A stretch of 64,000 nt of DNA, from contig CAZPRY010000001.1 of assembly GCA_964589175.1 (NCBI GenBank), positions 56,253 to 120,252 of the forward strand, given 5' to 3'. The notes beneath the pieces are model-generated. The model was not told where the DNA came from. It worked only from the letters and a program-made list of their open reading frames with translations, and ran no database searches. Origin of the DNA: an uncultured bacterium (lineage in GTDB: Bacteria; Fidelibacterota; UBA2242). Position numbers and translations under genes: made by a program. Of the stretch, positions 9,550-20,400 are shown piece after piece; within the stretch, counting starts at the first letter, position 1; every line of letters starts with the position of its first letter.

Positions 9550-12500
9550 ATGAAGAGGGCTATTGTATTTTTTTGCGTATGCACCGTTGCCTTGAGCGGG
9601 GGTCTGTTTGCTCAGGTGATTTTTGATTTTGAAACGGATAATGGCGGATTTACACTAAAGTCCGATCCAAATTATGATTTGATTACTTCGGTAGCACAAG
9701 CCAGCGATCCTTCCGGCTTAAGCGGCGGGGCCCTGGCAGTCACCATGGATTTTAATGCATCGACCGGAAAGAAGGGAAATGCCTATGTCGCAGCTTTTGA
9801 TCCCGGAGATGCTCGTGTAATAACTTTTTATGTTTGGTTGCCAAGCGGTATACCGGATTCCACTTACATCAAGTATTTTGCTCAGGATAAAAATTGGACT
9901 TACACCGATGCTCAATTCTGGGTCAGTGCTATTCCCAAAGAAGTCTGGTTTCCATTGCAATTGAACCTGGAGGCTGCAAATATTAAGAGTAGCTCCTTCG
10001 ATGTGGCCGAAGGTGCTCTACAAACTCTTGGAATTCAATTTATCTCCAGTTATGAACACGATGCGGATGCTTCCTGGACCGGCACTGCTTATATCGATAA
10101 TGTTACTCTTTTAGGCGTTAATCCGACAGTGCTGTTTGATTTCGAAAGCGATGATAGTGGGTTTATATTAGCTTACGATTTTTTTACATCTCTGGTGCAC
10201 GCCGCAGATCCAGCCGCTGCAAGTAGTGGTGCTCTGGCAGCCACCCTAAATGCAGATTTGACAGCCAATAAAAAAGGGAATGTATATAAGAATACAAAGA
10301 TTGGCGCAAGTGATGCCCATATGGCAACTGTTTATGTCTGGTGTCCGGCAGACTTACCCAATAACGTCTATTTCAAGTTTTATTTTAAGGATAATAACTG
10401 GACGACCGCGTATTCGAATTATCTGTATTATGCCAGTGCTATACCCAAAGAAGTTTGGTATCCACTGCAATACGATCTGGAAGCAGCCCACCTTAAGAGC
10501 AGTTCTTTCGATGTAGCGGAAGGTGATTTGCAGACGGTGGGGCTTGAGGTGCAATCCTACGGTTTGTCAGGTGCTGACACGCTTTATACCGGCACGATCT
10601 ACATTGATAATATTTCGTTTTTAGGTGTTGAGGTTCCTGATGAAAGACCCAGATATGTCATCGCTGATTTTGAAGATGAAGCCGAAGGAACGGTTGGCTT
10701 TAAAGCCAGTACTTCAGCCGGATATGCAGCGCTTACCAATGTAGCCCGGATAGCCGATCCGACTTCTGAAACAGTCGGTGTGCTCGGTACCGATTGGAAT
10801 TTCAGTCTGGCAACCAAAGGCTGGGCATACAATTCGACCTTTGATCTGCTCTGGGATTCCACCGGGTATGCCGCCGGCGGTCCTCTTGATACCGGGGCCA
10901 CGGCTGTTTCCATAGATATTTTTATTCCCGGCGATTTTCCGGTTTCCGGGGAATCTTTCGGACTTGTTCTGCGTGATCATAAAAACTGGAAATGGTATGA
11001 GAGTAAGTTTACGGTCGATGGATCCAATCTGGTTGCCGGACAGTGGAATACCTTGGAGATAGATGTACTCTATTATTTCGGTCTGGAAAACAAATTTTTC
11101 CCTTACTATACCGTTGATTTTGGAGTACAGATCTCTCATTCCAGCAATAATACCTGGACTGGCAGCATTCTTTTCGATAATGTGACATTGATAGGTGTGG
11201 AAGCACCGGAAGAACCGATTGATGAAACTCCCAAATATGTCGTGGCAGCTTTCGAAAAAGAGGCGGCCGGTGTCCAGGGTTATGCGAAAAGCACAACGGC
11301 AGGTTTCGAAGCCTGCACGGGAGTCGCACGTATTGCCGATCCGACCAGTGTGTCCGAAGGCGTCTTGAGCGGCAGCTGGGATTTCAGCCGCAGCGCGAAA
11401 GGATACATCGGTAACGGCAGTTTCAATCTTTTCTGGGCCGATACGGGTACCGTGGTCGATACCGGCGCCACGGCTATCCGGGTCGACGTTTGGATTCCGG
11501 CTGACTTTCCGGTCTCCGACGGGACACTGGGCCTGGTTCTGCGCGACAAGGTGGGCTGGACCTGGAACGAAACGAAATATCCTCTTAGCGATTCAATAAC
11601 AGTCGTTCCCGGTGCGTGGAACACCTTTTCTTTGGATGTTTTGCAGTATATCTTGAATGGCACGTTTAATCCGTATGGGACGAGTTCCTTTGGTATTCAG
11701 CTGCAGCATTCGAGCAATACCACCTGGCAAGGTGACGTTTATTTCGATAACGTTACTCTGGTGGGAGTCGAAGAACCCGAAGGCGTTTTGGTATCACCGA
11801 TTTCGATTGGAGCGGTCGAGACCTACAGCGATGTTGGGATTCCCTTCGATTATGTCCATATCGTCTGGGTGGATAATACAATCGGTTCCGAAACATACCG
11901 GGTCTACGTGAGCCTGTCCGAAATCACCGATCTGGATGCAGCCGGTGTCACCCGGATCGCGCGTGAAATTCCCCATGGAACGGAATACTGGAATTACCGG
12001 CCCTATAGCCGTACGGCGGAAGAAAATACCTATTATTTCGCCGTGATTGCAATGGGTGCCGACGGTACCCTCAGCGATCTGAATAATGACTGCAAAGTCG
12101 GACCTGTTACGATTACGACTTCGGCTACGGCCAAAGCGTTGTACGATCCGTGGTTTGCCCAATCCTTCGTGTTGGACGGCTTGGATACGGAATTTCTGGA
12201 TATGCACAAAGCCTATTTAATCACCGCCGAAGTGGCCGGGGGAACGGATACTGCCGGCTGGACGCCGGCATCCACCGATATGAGTTTCAAGACTACTTTT
12301 GTGGTTGATGACGATTATCTCTATATCTCCACGGATGTGACCGATAATGATCTGAATGCTTCCGGGAACGAGGCTATCATCGGCGGCCAGGCCTGGATGG
12401 GCGACGCCTTGGAATTCTATATGGGCATCTATGATGTCAATCCGTTGCATCAACTGCACGGTTACCGGGATGTGATGACCGAAGGAACCGGCGATTACCG

Positions 12501-13134
12501 GATTAGTTTCTGCGCTTGGGGAGAGGTGCAGAGCGCGACCGCCGTGCACGCTTTTCCGGGACTTCAAAGCACGCATTACCAAAAATTTTCGGGTGACGGC
12601 TATATCATTGAAGCCCGTATTGCGCTGGATTCCCTGGCTCAGGGCGGCAATATCGACATTGCCGATGGCGTGATGCTGCCTCTCAGAATCGACGGGACGG
12701 ATCTGGATCCGACTGACAACGACGAGACCCGGTCACTGATTGCTCAATGGGGCAGTAATAGCAATAGCGAAAACTGGTTGAGACCGAGTTGCTGGGGCTA
12801 CCTGGAGGTGTTGGTGGATCCGTCGATTTTGGCGATTGAAGAATCCGATTTACCCAAACAGTTCCGGCTCTATCCCAACTATCCCAATCCCTTTAATCCG
12901 GTGACTACTATCCAATTTGAATTGCCCAAGGCAACTGATATTTCCATGGCGGTGTACGATCTGCTTGGCAATGAGGTTCGGACGCTGGTCAGGGAAAAGA
13001 AGGATGCCGGTACCTATTTTGTCCAATGGAATGGCCGCAATAACCAGGGCGCCCAGGTTACCAGCGGTATCTACTTTTGCCGATTTACGACACTTGAATA
13101 TACGCGTACCCAGAAAATGATTTTCCTGAAGTAA
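9550..13134 (+). CDS. Secreted multi-domain glycan-binding protein: signal peptide, 4x ~170-aa CBM-like repeats, CBM9/DOMON-like domain, T9SS C-terminal sorting domain
   Basis: 1194 aa. The signal peptide is MKRAIVFFCVCTVALSGGLFAQ. Internal repeats start at VIFDFETDNGGF, VLFDFESDDSGF, YVIADFEDEAEG and YVVAAFEKEAAG, and each ends ...IDNVTLLGV. The C-terminus reads YPNYPNPFNPVTTIQFELP...GIYFCRF...K (Por_Secre_tail type). Confidence 0.7.
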   Translation: MKRAIVFFCVCTVALSGGLFAQVIFDFETDNGGFTLKSDPNYDLITSVAQASDPSGLSGGALAVTMDFNASTGKKGNAYVAAFDPGDARVITFYVWLPSGIPDSTYIKYFAQDKNWTYTDAQFWVSAIPKEVWFPLQLNLEAANIKSSSFDVAEGALQTLGIQFISSYEHDADASWTGTAYIDNVTLLGVNPTVLFDFESDDSGFILAYDFFTSLVHAADPAAASSGALAATLNADLTANKKGNVYKNTKIGASDAHMATVYVWCPADLPNNVYFKFYFKDNNWTTAYSNYLYYASAIPKEVWYPLQYDLEAAHLKSSSFDVAEGDLQTVGLEVQSYGLSGADTLYTGTIYIDNISFLGVEVPDERPRYVIADFEDEAEGTVGFKASTSAGYAALTNVARIADPTSETVGVLGTDWNFSLATKGWAYNSTFDLLWDSTGYAAGGPLDTGATAVSIDIFIPGDFPVSGESFGLVLRDHKNWKWYESKFTVDGSNLVAGQWNTLEIDVLYYFGLENKFFPYYTVDFGVQISHSSNNTWTGSILFDNVTLIGVEAPEEPIDETPKYVVAAFEKEAAGVQGYAKSTTAGFEACTGVARIADPTSVSEGVLSGSWDFSRSAKGYIGNGSFNLFWADTGTVVDTGATAIRVDVWIPADFPVSDGTLGLVLRDKVGWTWNETKYPLSDSITVVPGAWNTFSLDVLQYILNGTFNPYGTSSFGIQLQHSSNTTWQGDVYFDNVTLVGVEEPEGVLVSPISIGAVETYSDVGIPFDYVHIVWVDNTIGSETYRVYVSLSEITDLDAAGVTRIAREIPHGTEYWNYRPYSRTAEENTYYFAVIAMGADGTLSDLNNDCKVGPVTITTSATAKALYDPWFAQSFVLDGLDTEFLDMHKAYLITAEVAGGTDTAGWTPASTDMSFKTTFVVDDDYLYISTDVTDNDLNASGNEAIIGGQAWMGDALEFYMGIYDVNPLHQLHGYRDVMTEGTGDYRISFCAWGEVQSATAVHAFPGLQSTHYQKFSGDGYIIEARIALDSLAQGGNIDIADGVMLPLRIDGTDLDPTDNDETRSLIAQWGSNSNSENWLRPSCWGYLEVLVDPSILAIEESDLPKQFRLYPNYPNPFNPVTTIQFELPKATDISMAVYDLLGNEVRTLVREKKDAGTYFVQWNGRNNQGAQVTSGIYFCRFTTLEYTRTQKMIFLK

Positions 13135-13146
13135 TTCTCCCTTTGA

Positions 13147-13185
13147 AAACGGAGCGGTTTCGAACAGAGATCGCTCCGTTTTTGA
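13147..13185 (+). terminator. Rho-independent terminator after the CBM-repeat gene
   Basis: A 10-bp perfect stem (AAACGGAGCG / CGCTCCGTTT) with a 15-nt loop, followed by TTTTG, lies 13 nt after the stop at 13134. Confidence 0.55.
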
Positions 13186-13325
13186 TCCATTCTTGCGTTG
13201 CTTTTTGATATTTCAAACAGGATCAGTTTGTTATTTTATCCTGTACTCTTAAGCAGAAAATATTTTAATTCTTCTATTGATAAATCCCGGGTTTTCAATC
13301 TTGGGATTGCCCGTTCGGAGGGAGC

Positions 13326-16307
13326 ATGAATTGTCGGCGGCTATACGGCCTTTTTTGCATTGCCCTGCTGTCCACGGCCATATCGAACGGCGGGACAACC
13401 GGTAAAATTGCCGGACGCATTACCGATTCCGCGACCGGCCAGGCCCTGATCGCGGCGAATGTCATTTTGATTGAAAGGATGGCCGATGGGCGGATGCTGC
13501 CGTTATCAGCCGCCCTTCAGCAGGGTGCGGCGTCCGATCTGAGCGGGGAATATTATATCATCAATATTCCGCCGGGAATGTATTCCGTGAAATTCAGCTA
13601 CATGGGCTATCAGTCGATTATCGTTCCGGACGTTCGCGTTTCTTCGGATTTGACCACGCGCATCGACCGGGAGCTGTCATCCACTATCATCGAGGCCGGA
13701 GAGGCCGTCGTCGTCACCGGGGAGCGGCGTGAAATCCAGAAAGATCTGACCTCTTCGCAGGTCAGCATTGGTGCCGACCAGATCGATGAAATGCCGGTCC
13801 GCTCCGTGCGCGACCTGCTTTCCCTGCAGGCCGGGGTGACCCTGGATGCCTCTGGAAACCTGCACATCCGCGGCGGCCGTTCGACGGAAATCACCTATAT
13901 GGTTGATGGTGTCCAGATTCTCGATCCGCTCAACCGCAGCTCCGGCATCAGCATCGACGACCAATCCATCGATGAGCTGAAGACCATCACGGGAACTTTC
14001 AACGCCGAGTACGGCCAGGCCCTCTCCGGGGTGGTCAACATCGTGACCAAGCAGGGCAGCGATCAATTCAAACTGAACCTGACCGGCTATTGCGGCGATT
14101 ACTACAGCCGAGACGCCGATGTTTATTACGTCATGGATAATCCCGAATGGGCCAATGCCGTGGTCCGCTATGCCACCGGGGCCGATGATAACCTGAATTA
14201 TGAATTTCCCAATTCGGAGGGCCTTCCGGATGCCGGATATATCGCGGAAAAATCTTATTTAACTCGCAAATCGTATCTCAGCAATTTTAATCCGCTTCAG
14301 GCGAAAGATGCCCAATTAAATGTCTCCGGACCAGTCCCGTTTACGAACGCCCGGCTGACCTACTACACTTCCGGCCGCTATAACTACAATCCCGGCTATA
14401 TTTACGGGGCGAGGTATTTTATGCCGTGGGGTTTCCAGTCCCCGGTTTCGGATACGCTCAACACCTTTCAAGCCGTCGATAACCGCCTGGTCGCGATGAG
14501 ATCCTATGAAGGTTATTCGACCAATTCCAAGTTAAACTATCGACTGACCAACGCCATCAACCTGAGTTACGGACTATATTACAACCATGATTCAGGGCAA
14601 TACGGCTACACACACAATTATAAATACGTTCCCGATGCCCAGCGCCAATACACAACCGATGCCTGGACGCATATCTTTTCCTTAAAGCATTCCCTGTCGC
14701 CTAGAACCTTTTACGATTTCAAGGTGAGTCTGTACAATAAGGACCACGCCAATTACCGCTACAAAGATCCCGAAGACTATCGCTATATGCCGACGGAATC
14801 CAGCGATTTTGAGCTCTATGTTTTCGGGTATGAGAATCAGGAAGACATCTCGATGTGGTCCAATTCCTACGATTTCCGCTACTGGGGCAACCCGGTTAGT
14901 TATGGCATCACCGATGTCAAATTTCAATCGTATAAACTGGATATGACCAGCCAGCTTACGAAGCGCCATTTGATGAAATGGGGAGGCAATGTTACCCGCC
15001 ACGAGCTCTTCTACGACCAGTTTGAGATTCAGTTTTCGAGCAACGATTACCGTCCCTATGTACCCGGCGATAATTCACCTTACCATGTAAAATACAAGGC
15101 CTCGCCGCGCGAAATGGCCGCCTATGTCCAGGACAAGATCGAATTTGAAGAGTTGATTATTAATTTCGGTGTGCGTTTCGATTATTTCGATTCCGGCGGG
15201 CGGATTTTGATCGATCCCAAGGACCCGCAAATCTACGATCCGTTCAAGCTGGAGCATATCTATAAAAATTACAGCCAAACCACGCCGGACAGCGATCTGG
15301 TCGACTACAGCGTGGCCGAACGCGAGGAATTCTGGTACGCGAACGCCTCGTCGAAATACCAGGTCAGCCCGCGCTTCGGACTCTCTTTCCCGATCACCGA
15401 ACGGGGCGTTATTCACTTCTCTTACGGTCATTTTTTCCAGAATCCCGAATTCCGATTTTTATACGACAATCCGAATTTCTGGATTGAAGGCGCCGGTGCG
15501 GAGAACCTGGTGGGCAATGCCGATCTGAATGCCGAGCGGACGGTGATGTACGAACTCGGCCTGCAGCAGCAATTGCGTCAGAACATTTACCTGCACATCA
15601 CCGGTTTTTACCGGGACATTCGCGACTGGATCGGTACCGGTACGCCGATTGACACTTACCGGGGTATCACCTATTACCGCTATGAGAATAAGGATCACGC
15701 CGCCGCGAAGGGCATAACCCTCTCGGGAAAAGCCAATTTCGGGCATCTTATGCTCAACCTGGATTATACGTATATGACGGCCCAGGGGACCTCGTCCGAT
15801 CCCAAAGACGCCTATAACGATTCGCAGGCCGACCGGGCGCCGCGCCTGACTTTTATTAATCTGAACTGGGACCAGCGCCATTCGATTAGCGCTGTCCTGA
15901 ATTATACCGTTAAGCAATGGTCGCTGACCATGACGGGCAGCGCCAATTCGGGCTTTCCATATACACCTGAGTTTGCCCGGGGCGAAGTGTCGGGTTCGGG
16001 TACTTTCATCGGATTGACCGAAAACAGCGCCCGCAAGCCCTGGACCAGCAACGTGGACCTGCGTATTTCACGGACCATTAACATCGGAACAACCCGCGTT
16101 TCGGCCTTTCTGAATATTCGCAATCTCTTCGACCGGCGCAATGCGAATAACGTCTATTCTGATACCGGTCTGGCCGATTATACCATGCAGGGAATTACGC
16201 AGAAAGACCGGTTTCTGGAAATATCCAATGTGGATGATTACTACAATAATCCGAATTATTACAGCCCGCCGCGCTTTATCCAGTTCGGGCTGCGGATCGG
16301 ATTATGA
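13326..16307 (+). CDS. TonB-dependent outer-membrane receptor with N-terminal carboxypeptidase-regulatory-like domain
   Basis: 993 aa. Has a signal peptide and a CarbopepD_reg-like domain (GKIAGRITDSATGQAL...GEYYIINIPPGMYSVKFSYMGY). The plug motifs are DEMPVRSVRDLLSLQAGV...NLHIRGGRS, followed by a C-terminal beta-barrel. No SusD-like partner follows. Confidence 0.8.
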   Translation: MNCRRLYGLFCIALLSTAISNGGTTGKIAGRITDSATGQALIAANVILIERMADGRMLPLSAALQQGAASDLSGEYYIINIPPGMYSVKFSYMGYQSIIVPDVRVSSDLTTRIDRELSSTIIEAGEAVVVTGERREIQKDLTSSQVSIGADQIDEMPVRSVRDLLSLQAGVTLDASGNLHIRGGRSTEITYMVDGVQILDPLNRSSGISIDDQSIDELKTITGTFNAEYGQALSGVVNIVTKQGSDQFKLNLTGYCGDYYSRDADVYYVMDNPEWANAVVRYATGADDNLNYEFPNSEGLPDAGYIAEKSYLTRKSYLSNFNPLQAKDAQLNVSGPVPFTNARLTYYTSGRYNYNPGYIYGARYFMPWGFQSPVSDTLNTFQAVDNRLVAMRSYEGYSTNSKLNYRLTNAINLSYGLYYNHDSGQYGYTHNYKYVPDAQRQYTTDAWTHIFSLKHSLSPRTFYDFKVSLYNKDHANYRYKDPEDYRYMPTESSDFELYVFGYENQEDISMWSNSYDFRYWGNPVSYGITDVKFQSYKLDMTSQLTKRHLMKWGGNVTRHELFYDQFEIQFSSNDYRPYVPGDNSPYHVKYKASPREMAAYVQDKIEFEELIINFGVRFDYFDSGGRILIDPKDPQIYDPFKLEHIYKNYSQTTPDSDLVDYSVAEREEFWYANASSKYQVSPRFGLSFPITERGVIHFSYGHFFQNPEFRFLYDNPNFWIEGAGAENLVGNADLNAERTVMYELGLQQQLRQNIYLHITGFYRDIRDWIGTGTPIDTYRGITYYRYENKDHAAAKGITLSGKANFGHLMLNLDYTYMTAQGTSSDPKDAYNDSQADRAPRLTFINLNWDQRHSISAVLNYTVKQWSLTMTGSANSGFPYTPEFARGEVSGSGTFIGLTENSARKPWTSNVDLRISRTINIGTTRVSAFLNIRNLFDRRNANNVYSDTGLADYTMQGITQKDRFLEISNVDDYYNNPNYYSPPRFIQFGLRIGL

Positions 16308-17395
16308 ACTTTTTGGGAGAACTGCCGATGTACCCCGATGATCGTTTACTAAAACTGAGGCAACGGGCTGCCCTGCTCGGATTGCTGCTTGCTCTGTTGA
16401 CCGGTTTAGCGTTCCGTCCGCTTCAAGCCCAGACCGTTTCCAAGGTCGGTACTTCGGCCGCGAGTTTTCTGAAAATCGGTGTCGGCGGACGCGCTCTCGG
16501 GATGGGAGAAGCGTTTACGACCCAGGCGGACGACATCACGGCTATTTTCTGGAATCCGGCCGGCCTGGCCACTTTCCGGAATACGCAGATTCTGCTCAAT
16601 CATTACGATTATATCGCCGATCTCAGCTTCGATTACGGCGCGATTGCGACCGCCATCCCTGCCATTGGCACCGTCGGCGTTCACGTTTGTTTTTTAGGGA
16701 TGCCCGATATCGAGCGCACGACGGTCCAGGAACCCGACGGCACCGGCGAGATGGTTACGGCTTCCTCGATGACCGCCGGGGTCAGCTATGCCCGCAACCT
16801 GACCGATCGCTTTGCTATCGGCGGGACTGCCAAATATATCCAGGAAAAACTCTGGCATTGCAGCGCGTCCGGCTACGCCCTGGATGTCGGTGTTTTGTAC
16901 CGTACCTTTTTTAAGAATATCATGATCGGTATGTCGATATCGAATTTCGGTACGAATCTGCAACTTAAGGGACGAGACCTGCTGATCCAGCACGATATCG
17001 ACGAACGGAGCGACGGCAACAATGCCAACATAAACGGCTACCTGGCGTCCGATGCCTACAGTCTGCCCATCCTGTTCCGGGTCGGCGTCTCATCGAATCT
17101 GACCCGAGATTTTCTGAATATCCGGAATACTGATTTCATCATCTCCGTGGATGCCGTTCATCCCAGCGATAACTATGAATATCTGAATGTGGGCGCCGAA
17201 TATCAGTATCGCAATTTGATTGCCTTGCGCGCCGGCTACCGGCAATTGTACCTGGAGAATAGTGAAGGAGGACTGACTTTTGGCTTCGGTTTGCATCTGG
17301 ATGTAAAGAGTTTCAATTTCCGGGTTGATTATGCCGCCGTGGATTTCGGGCACCTGGACCGCCTCAACAAGTTTTCTTTGATATTATCATTCTAA
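16304..17395 (+). CDS. PorV/PorQ-family-like outer-membrane beta-barrel protein (T9SS-associated?)
   Basis: 363 aa with a signal peptide. The N-terminal motif is FLKIGVGGRALGMGEAFTTQADDITAIFWNPAGLA, which I recall as characteristic of the PorV/PorQ family (from memory, not searched). The C-terminus ends in an aromatic residue (LSF). It overlaps the TBDR stop by 4 nt. Confidence 0.5.
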   Translation: MNFLGELPMYPDDRLLKLRQRAALLGLLLALLTGLAFRPLQAQTVSKVGTSAASFLKIGVGGRALGMGEAFTTQADDITAIFWNPAGLATFRNTQILLNHYDYIADLSFDYGAIATAIPAIGTVGVHVCFLGMPDIERTTVQEPDGTGEMVTASSMTAGVSYARNLTDRFAIGGTAKYIQEKLWHCSASGYALDVGVLYRTFFKNIMIGMSISNFGTNLQLKGRDLLIQHDIDERSDGNNANINGYLASDAYSLPILFRVGVSSNLTRDFLNIRNTDFIISVDAVHPSDNYEYLNVGAEYQYRNLIALRAGYRQLYLENSEGGLTFGFGLHLDVKSFNFRVDYAAVDFGHLDRLNKFSLILSF

Positions 17396-17416
17396 TGTTG
17401 GGAGTTTAGCGAAGCA

Positions 17417-20400
17417 ATGAAAATAAAATCTCTGCTGCTATTCTGTCTGATGATACAGACCTCACTATTTGCCCAGATGACGCATGGCGACGCTCAGCAC
17501 CGCGCCCGCAACGTTCATTCCGGCAACCTGATCCGGATGACCTTTTACAACCACGGCATGATGGGGAGTCTGTATGGCGATCAGAGTCAGATCTATGCCG
17601 GGGAATGGCCGATCAACAGCGGCATGATTCAGATGGGCAATGCCACCAGTTACGTCGGCACGGAATTGCGCGTCTTCGCCGGAATCGATTCGACCGGCGA
17701 TTCGACTTACGTCAATATCACACCCATTTCGATGTGCCAGGGCTGGAATCCGGACCGCTTCCCGCATGATTCCCTGGGTAACTTTCTGGGATTCGAACCG
17801 CTTCCCGGCTATTTGAACCTGACCCAGAGAGAAATCAATCCGCATAACGCTGTGGCGATGAGCCACGAAGCCTTTACCTGGCCGGTCCTCTGGCCGGATA
17901 AAACGGGTGACGGTTACGATCCGGGCTGGTCGGGACACTGGAACGGCTACTTCGGGAAGGATCAGCGCAACGCCGACCAGGAAAGCTATTATGTACTGGA
18001 TGATTACCAATTCAAAAAGAAAATTTCAGGCCATAAAATGCCCCGGCCCATTGCCGCGGAGCCGAACCGCGGCGGCCTGGGCTTGCGGCAGGCGATTCGC
18101 GGGTTACAATGGTCAAATCCGGATGCCGAAGACTGCATTTTCTGGATATATGATATCGAAAATATCGGTGAACTGAACCTCTCCAAAACGGTTTTCGGAC
18201 TGAATGTCGGGGCCGGGATGGGCTCCAGCCTTTTCAGCTCATCCAGCGATCATAATGACGATTGCGCCACATTTTACCGCGAGACGAACCTGACCGTGAA
18301 TTACGACTGGGATAATGTCGGGGCCGGCGGTTATTCACCCGTGCCCTGGGTCGGATTCGCCTTTCTCGAAAGCCCGGGCAATGCGGTGGACGGCATCGAT
18401 AACGACGGCGACGGCATCGATGCGCCGGGCGGCGGCAAAGTGATCACCACGGACGATTTCTATGCGACCTATAGCGTCGGTGCTCCCATCGTACGGATCA
18501 ATTATTATAACTACGAGCGGGAATTGTCCGCGATGCCGGCCGACGGAGTGCGGTTCACGGTCAACGGGATCACCTATGAAAAACTGCCGGGCAGGCCACT
18601 GGCCGAGATTCCACGCAACGGTATCGACGACAACCTGAACGGTATCATCGATGAATCCGACGGCGCCCAATTGACCGAATCGGAAGAGTACTACTATCTC
18701 TATATCCGCGATCCGTATTACAACAACCGGGAATATCTGGCCGTCGATTATTTCAGCGGCAACGGCCTGGCCAATGCCATGATCGACGAGCGCCGCGACG
18801 ATGGTATCGACAATGACGACGACTGGGATGCCAACATCGACGATACCGGTCTGGACGGTAAGCCCGGCACGGGCGACACCGGCGAAGGCGATGGAATTTT
18901 TACGCCGGGTTACGGCGATCTCCCCGGTGAGACGAATATCGATAAAACCGATGTCGACGAATCCGATCAGATCGGCTTGACCAGTTTTATCTTTTATATC
19001 TACGGCACCCTGACCTACAGCAATGACGCGGATATGTGGGACGTATCCAAACCCGGTTTCTTCGATGCCCGGCTGGTCAACGTCGATGCGGACTACGTTT
19101 TCTCCTGCGGTTACTTTCCCCTGTTAGCGCGGCAGAGCGAGTTTTTCTCGGTGGCTCTGATCTACGGCTGGGACGAAACGGATATCGTGCGTAACAAGCA
19201 GATCGTCCAGAAGATTTACAATTCGAATTATAACTTTGCGGTTGCGCCCGACAAACCGAATGTCCGGGCTGTGGCCGGGGACAAGAAGGTCACCCTGTAC
19301 TGGGATGAAAGCGCCGAATTGAGTTTCGACCGCTATCTGAAAGAATTTGATTTTGAAGGCTACAAGATTTACCGGGCTACCGATCCGGGATTTTCCGACG
19401 CCGGAACGATCACCGACGGCTACGGCTACGACCGCTTTACGGTACCCATTGCCATTTATGACAAAGTCGACAGCGTTTTCGGTTTTTTTCCGAACACTTT
19501 CGGAACCGGCGTGCAGTTCAATCTGGGCAGCGAGACGGGCCTGGTCCACACCTATGTCGATACGCCGCTGGTCAACGGCAAACGCTACTATTATGCCGTT
19601 ACCGCGTATGACAAAGGCGAACTCGAAAAGAATATTTCGCCGTCCGAAACCAACAAATACGTTGCCATCGACGCCGCTGGAAACGTCAAGACCGGCGAGA
19701 ATGTCGTGACCGTCGTGCCCCAGGCGCCTTCCCTGGGCTACTGCCCGCCCGGCTTCGACGCGCAGCCGGAATTTGTCGGGACCGGTATTACGACCGGCGC
19801 GGTTTACGTAAGTTTTATCGAGCCTGATTCGATTTATGACGGCCACGAGTTTGAGATCCGTTTCCTCGATCAAAGCATGGACAAACGCGATAATGATTGC
19901 GATTCACTGATCGACGGGCAGGACCGCGATGAACTGCTGCCGACGCTCACGACCGGCTTTGTGGTTGAAGACCTCACCCGCTCCGAAGTGCTCGATAGCG
20001 TCTGGTTCTTTGAGTACCGCTACACGCAGGATCGATGGACTATGGTCAGGAACCTGTATAACGATAATGACGGGAATCCCTACACCCTGACCAGGATCGT
20101 GAACGGAATCGAGTATATCGTGTACAATCCGCCGCCGGGAATCATCCATATCCCGGAGCAAAACATCTATAACGGGATTCGCTGGAGCAGCAATATCGAT
20201 TATGCAACGGCGTACAATTTGATTTTTTCAACTTTCAAACTGGGCGGATTCAAGCCCGGGATCGATTATCCGCGCCAGTACCGGATCGTGTTTTATGATG
20301 AAATCGTCGGTAAATCGGAAGCCGTGTACCCCATCCTGGCAACCACCGGAACGCCGATTCCGGTCGCCTCGGCGGACGTGAATTTCAAAATATTCGATCA

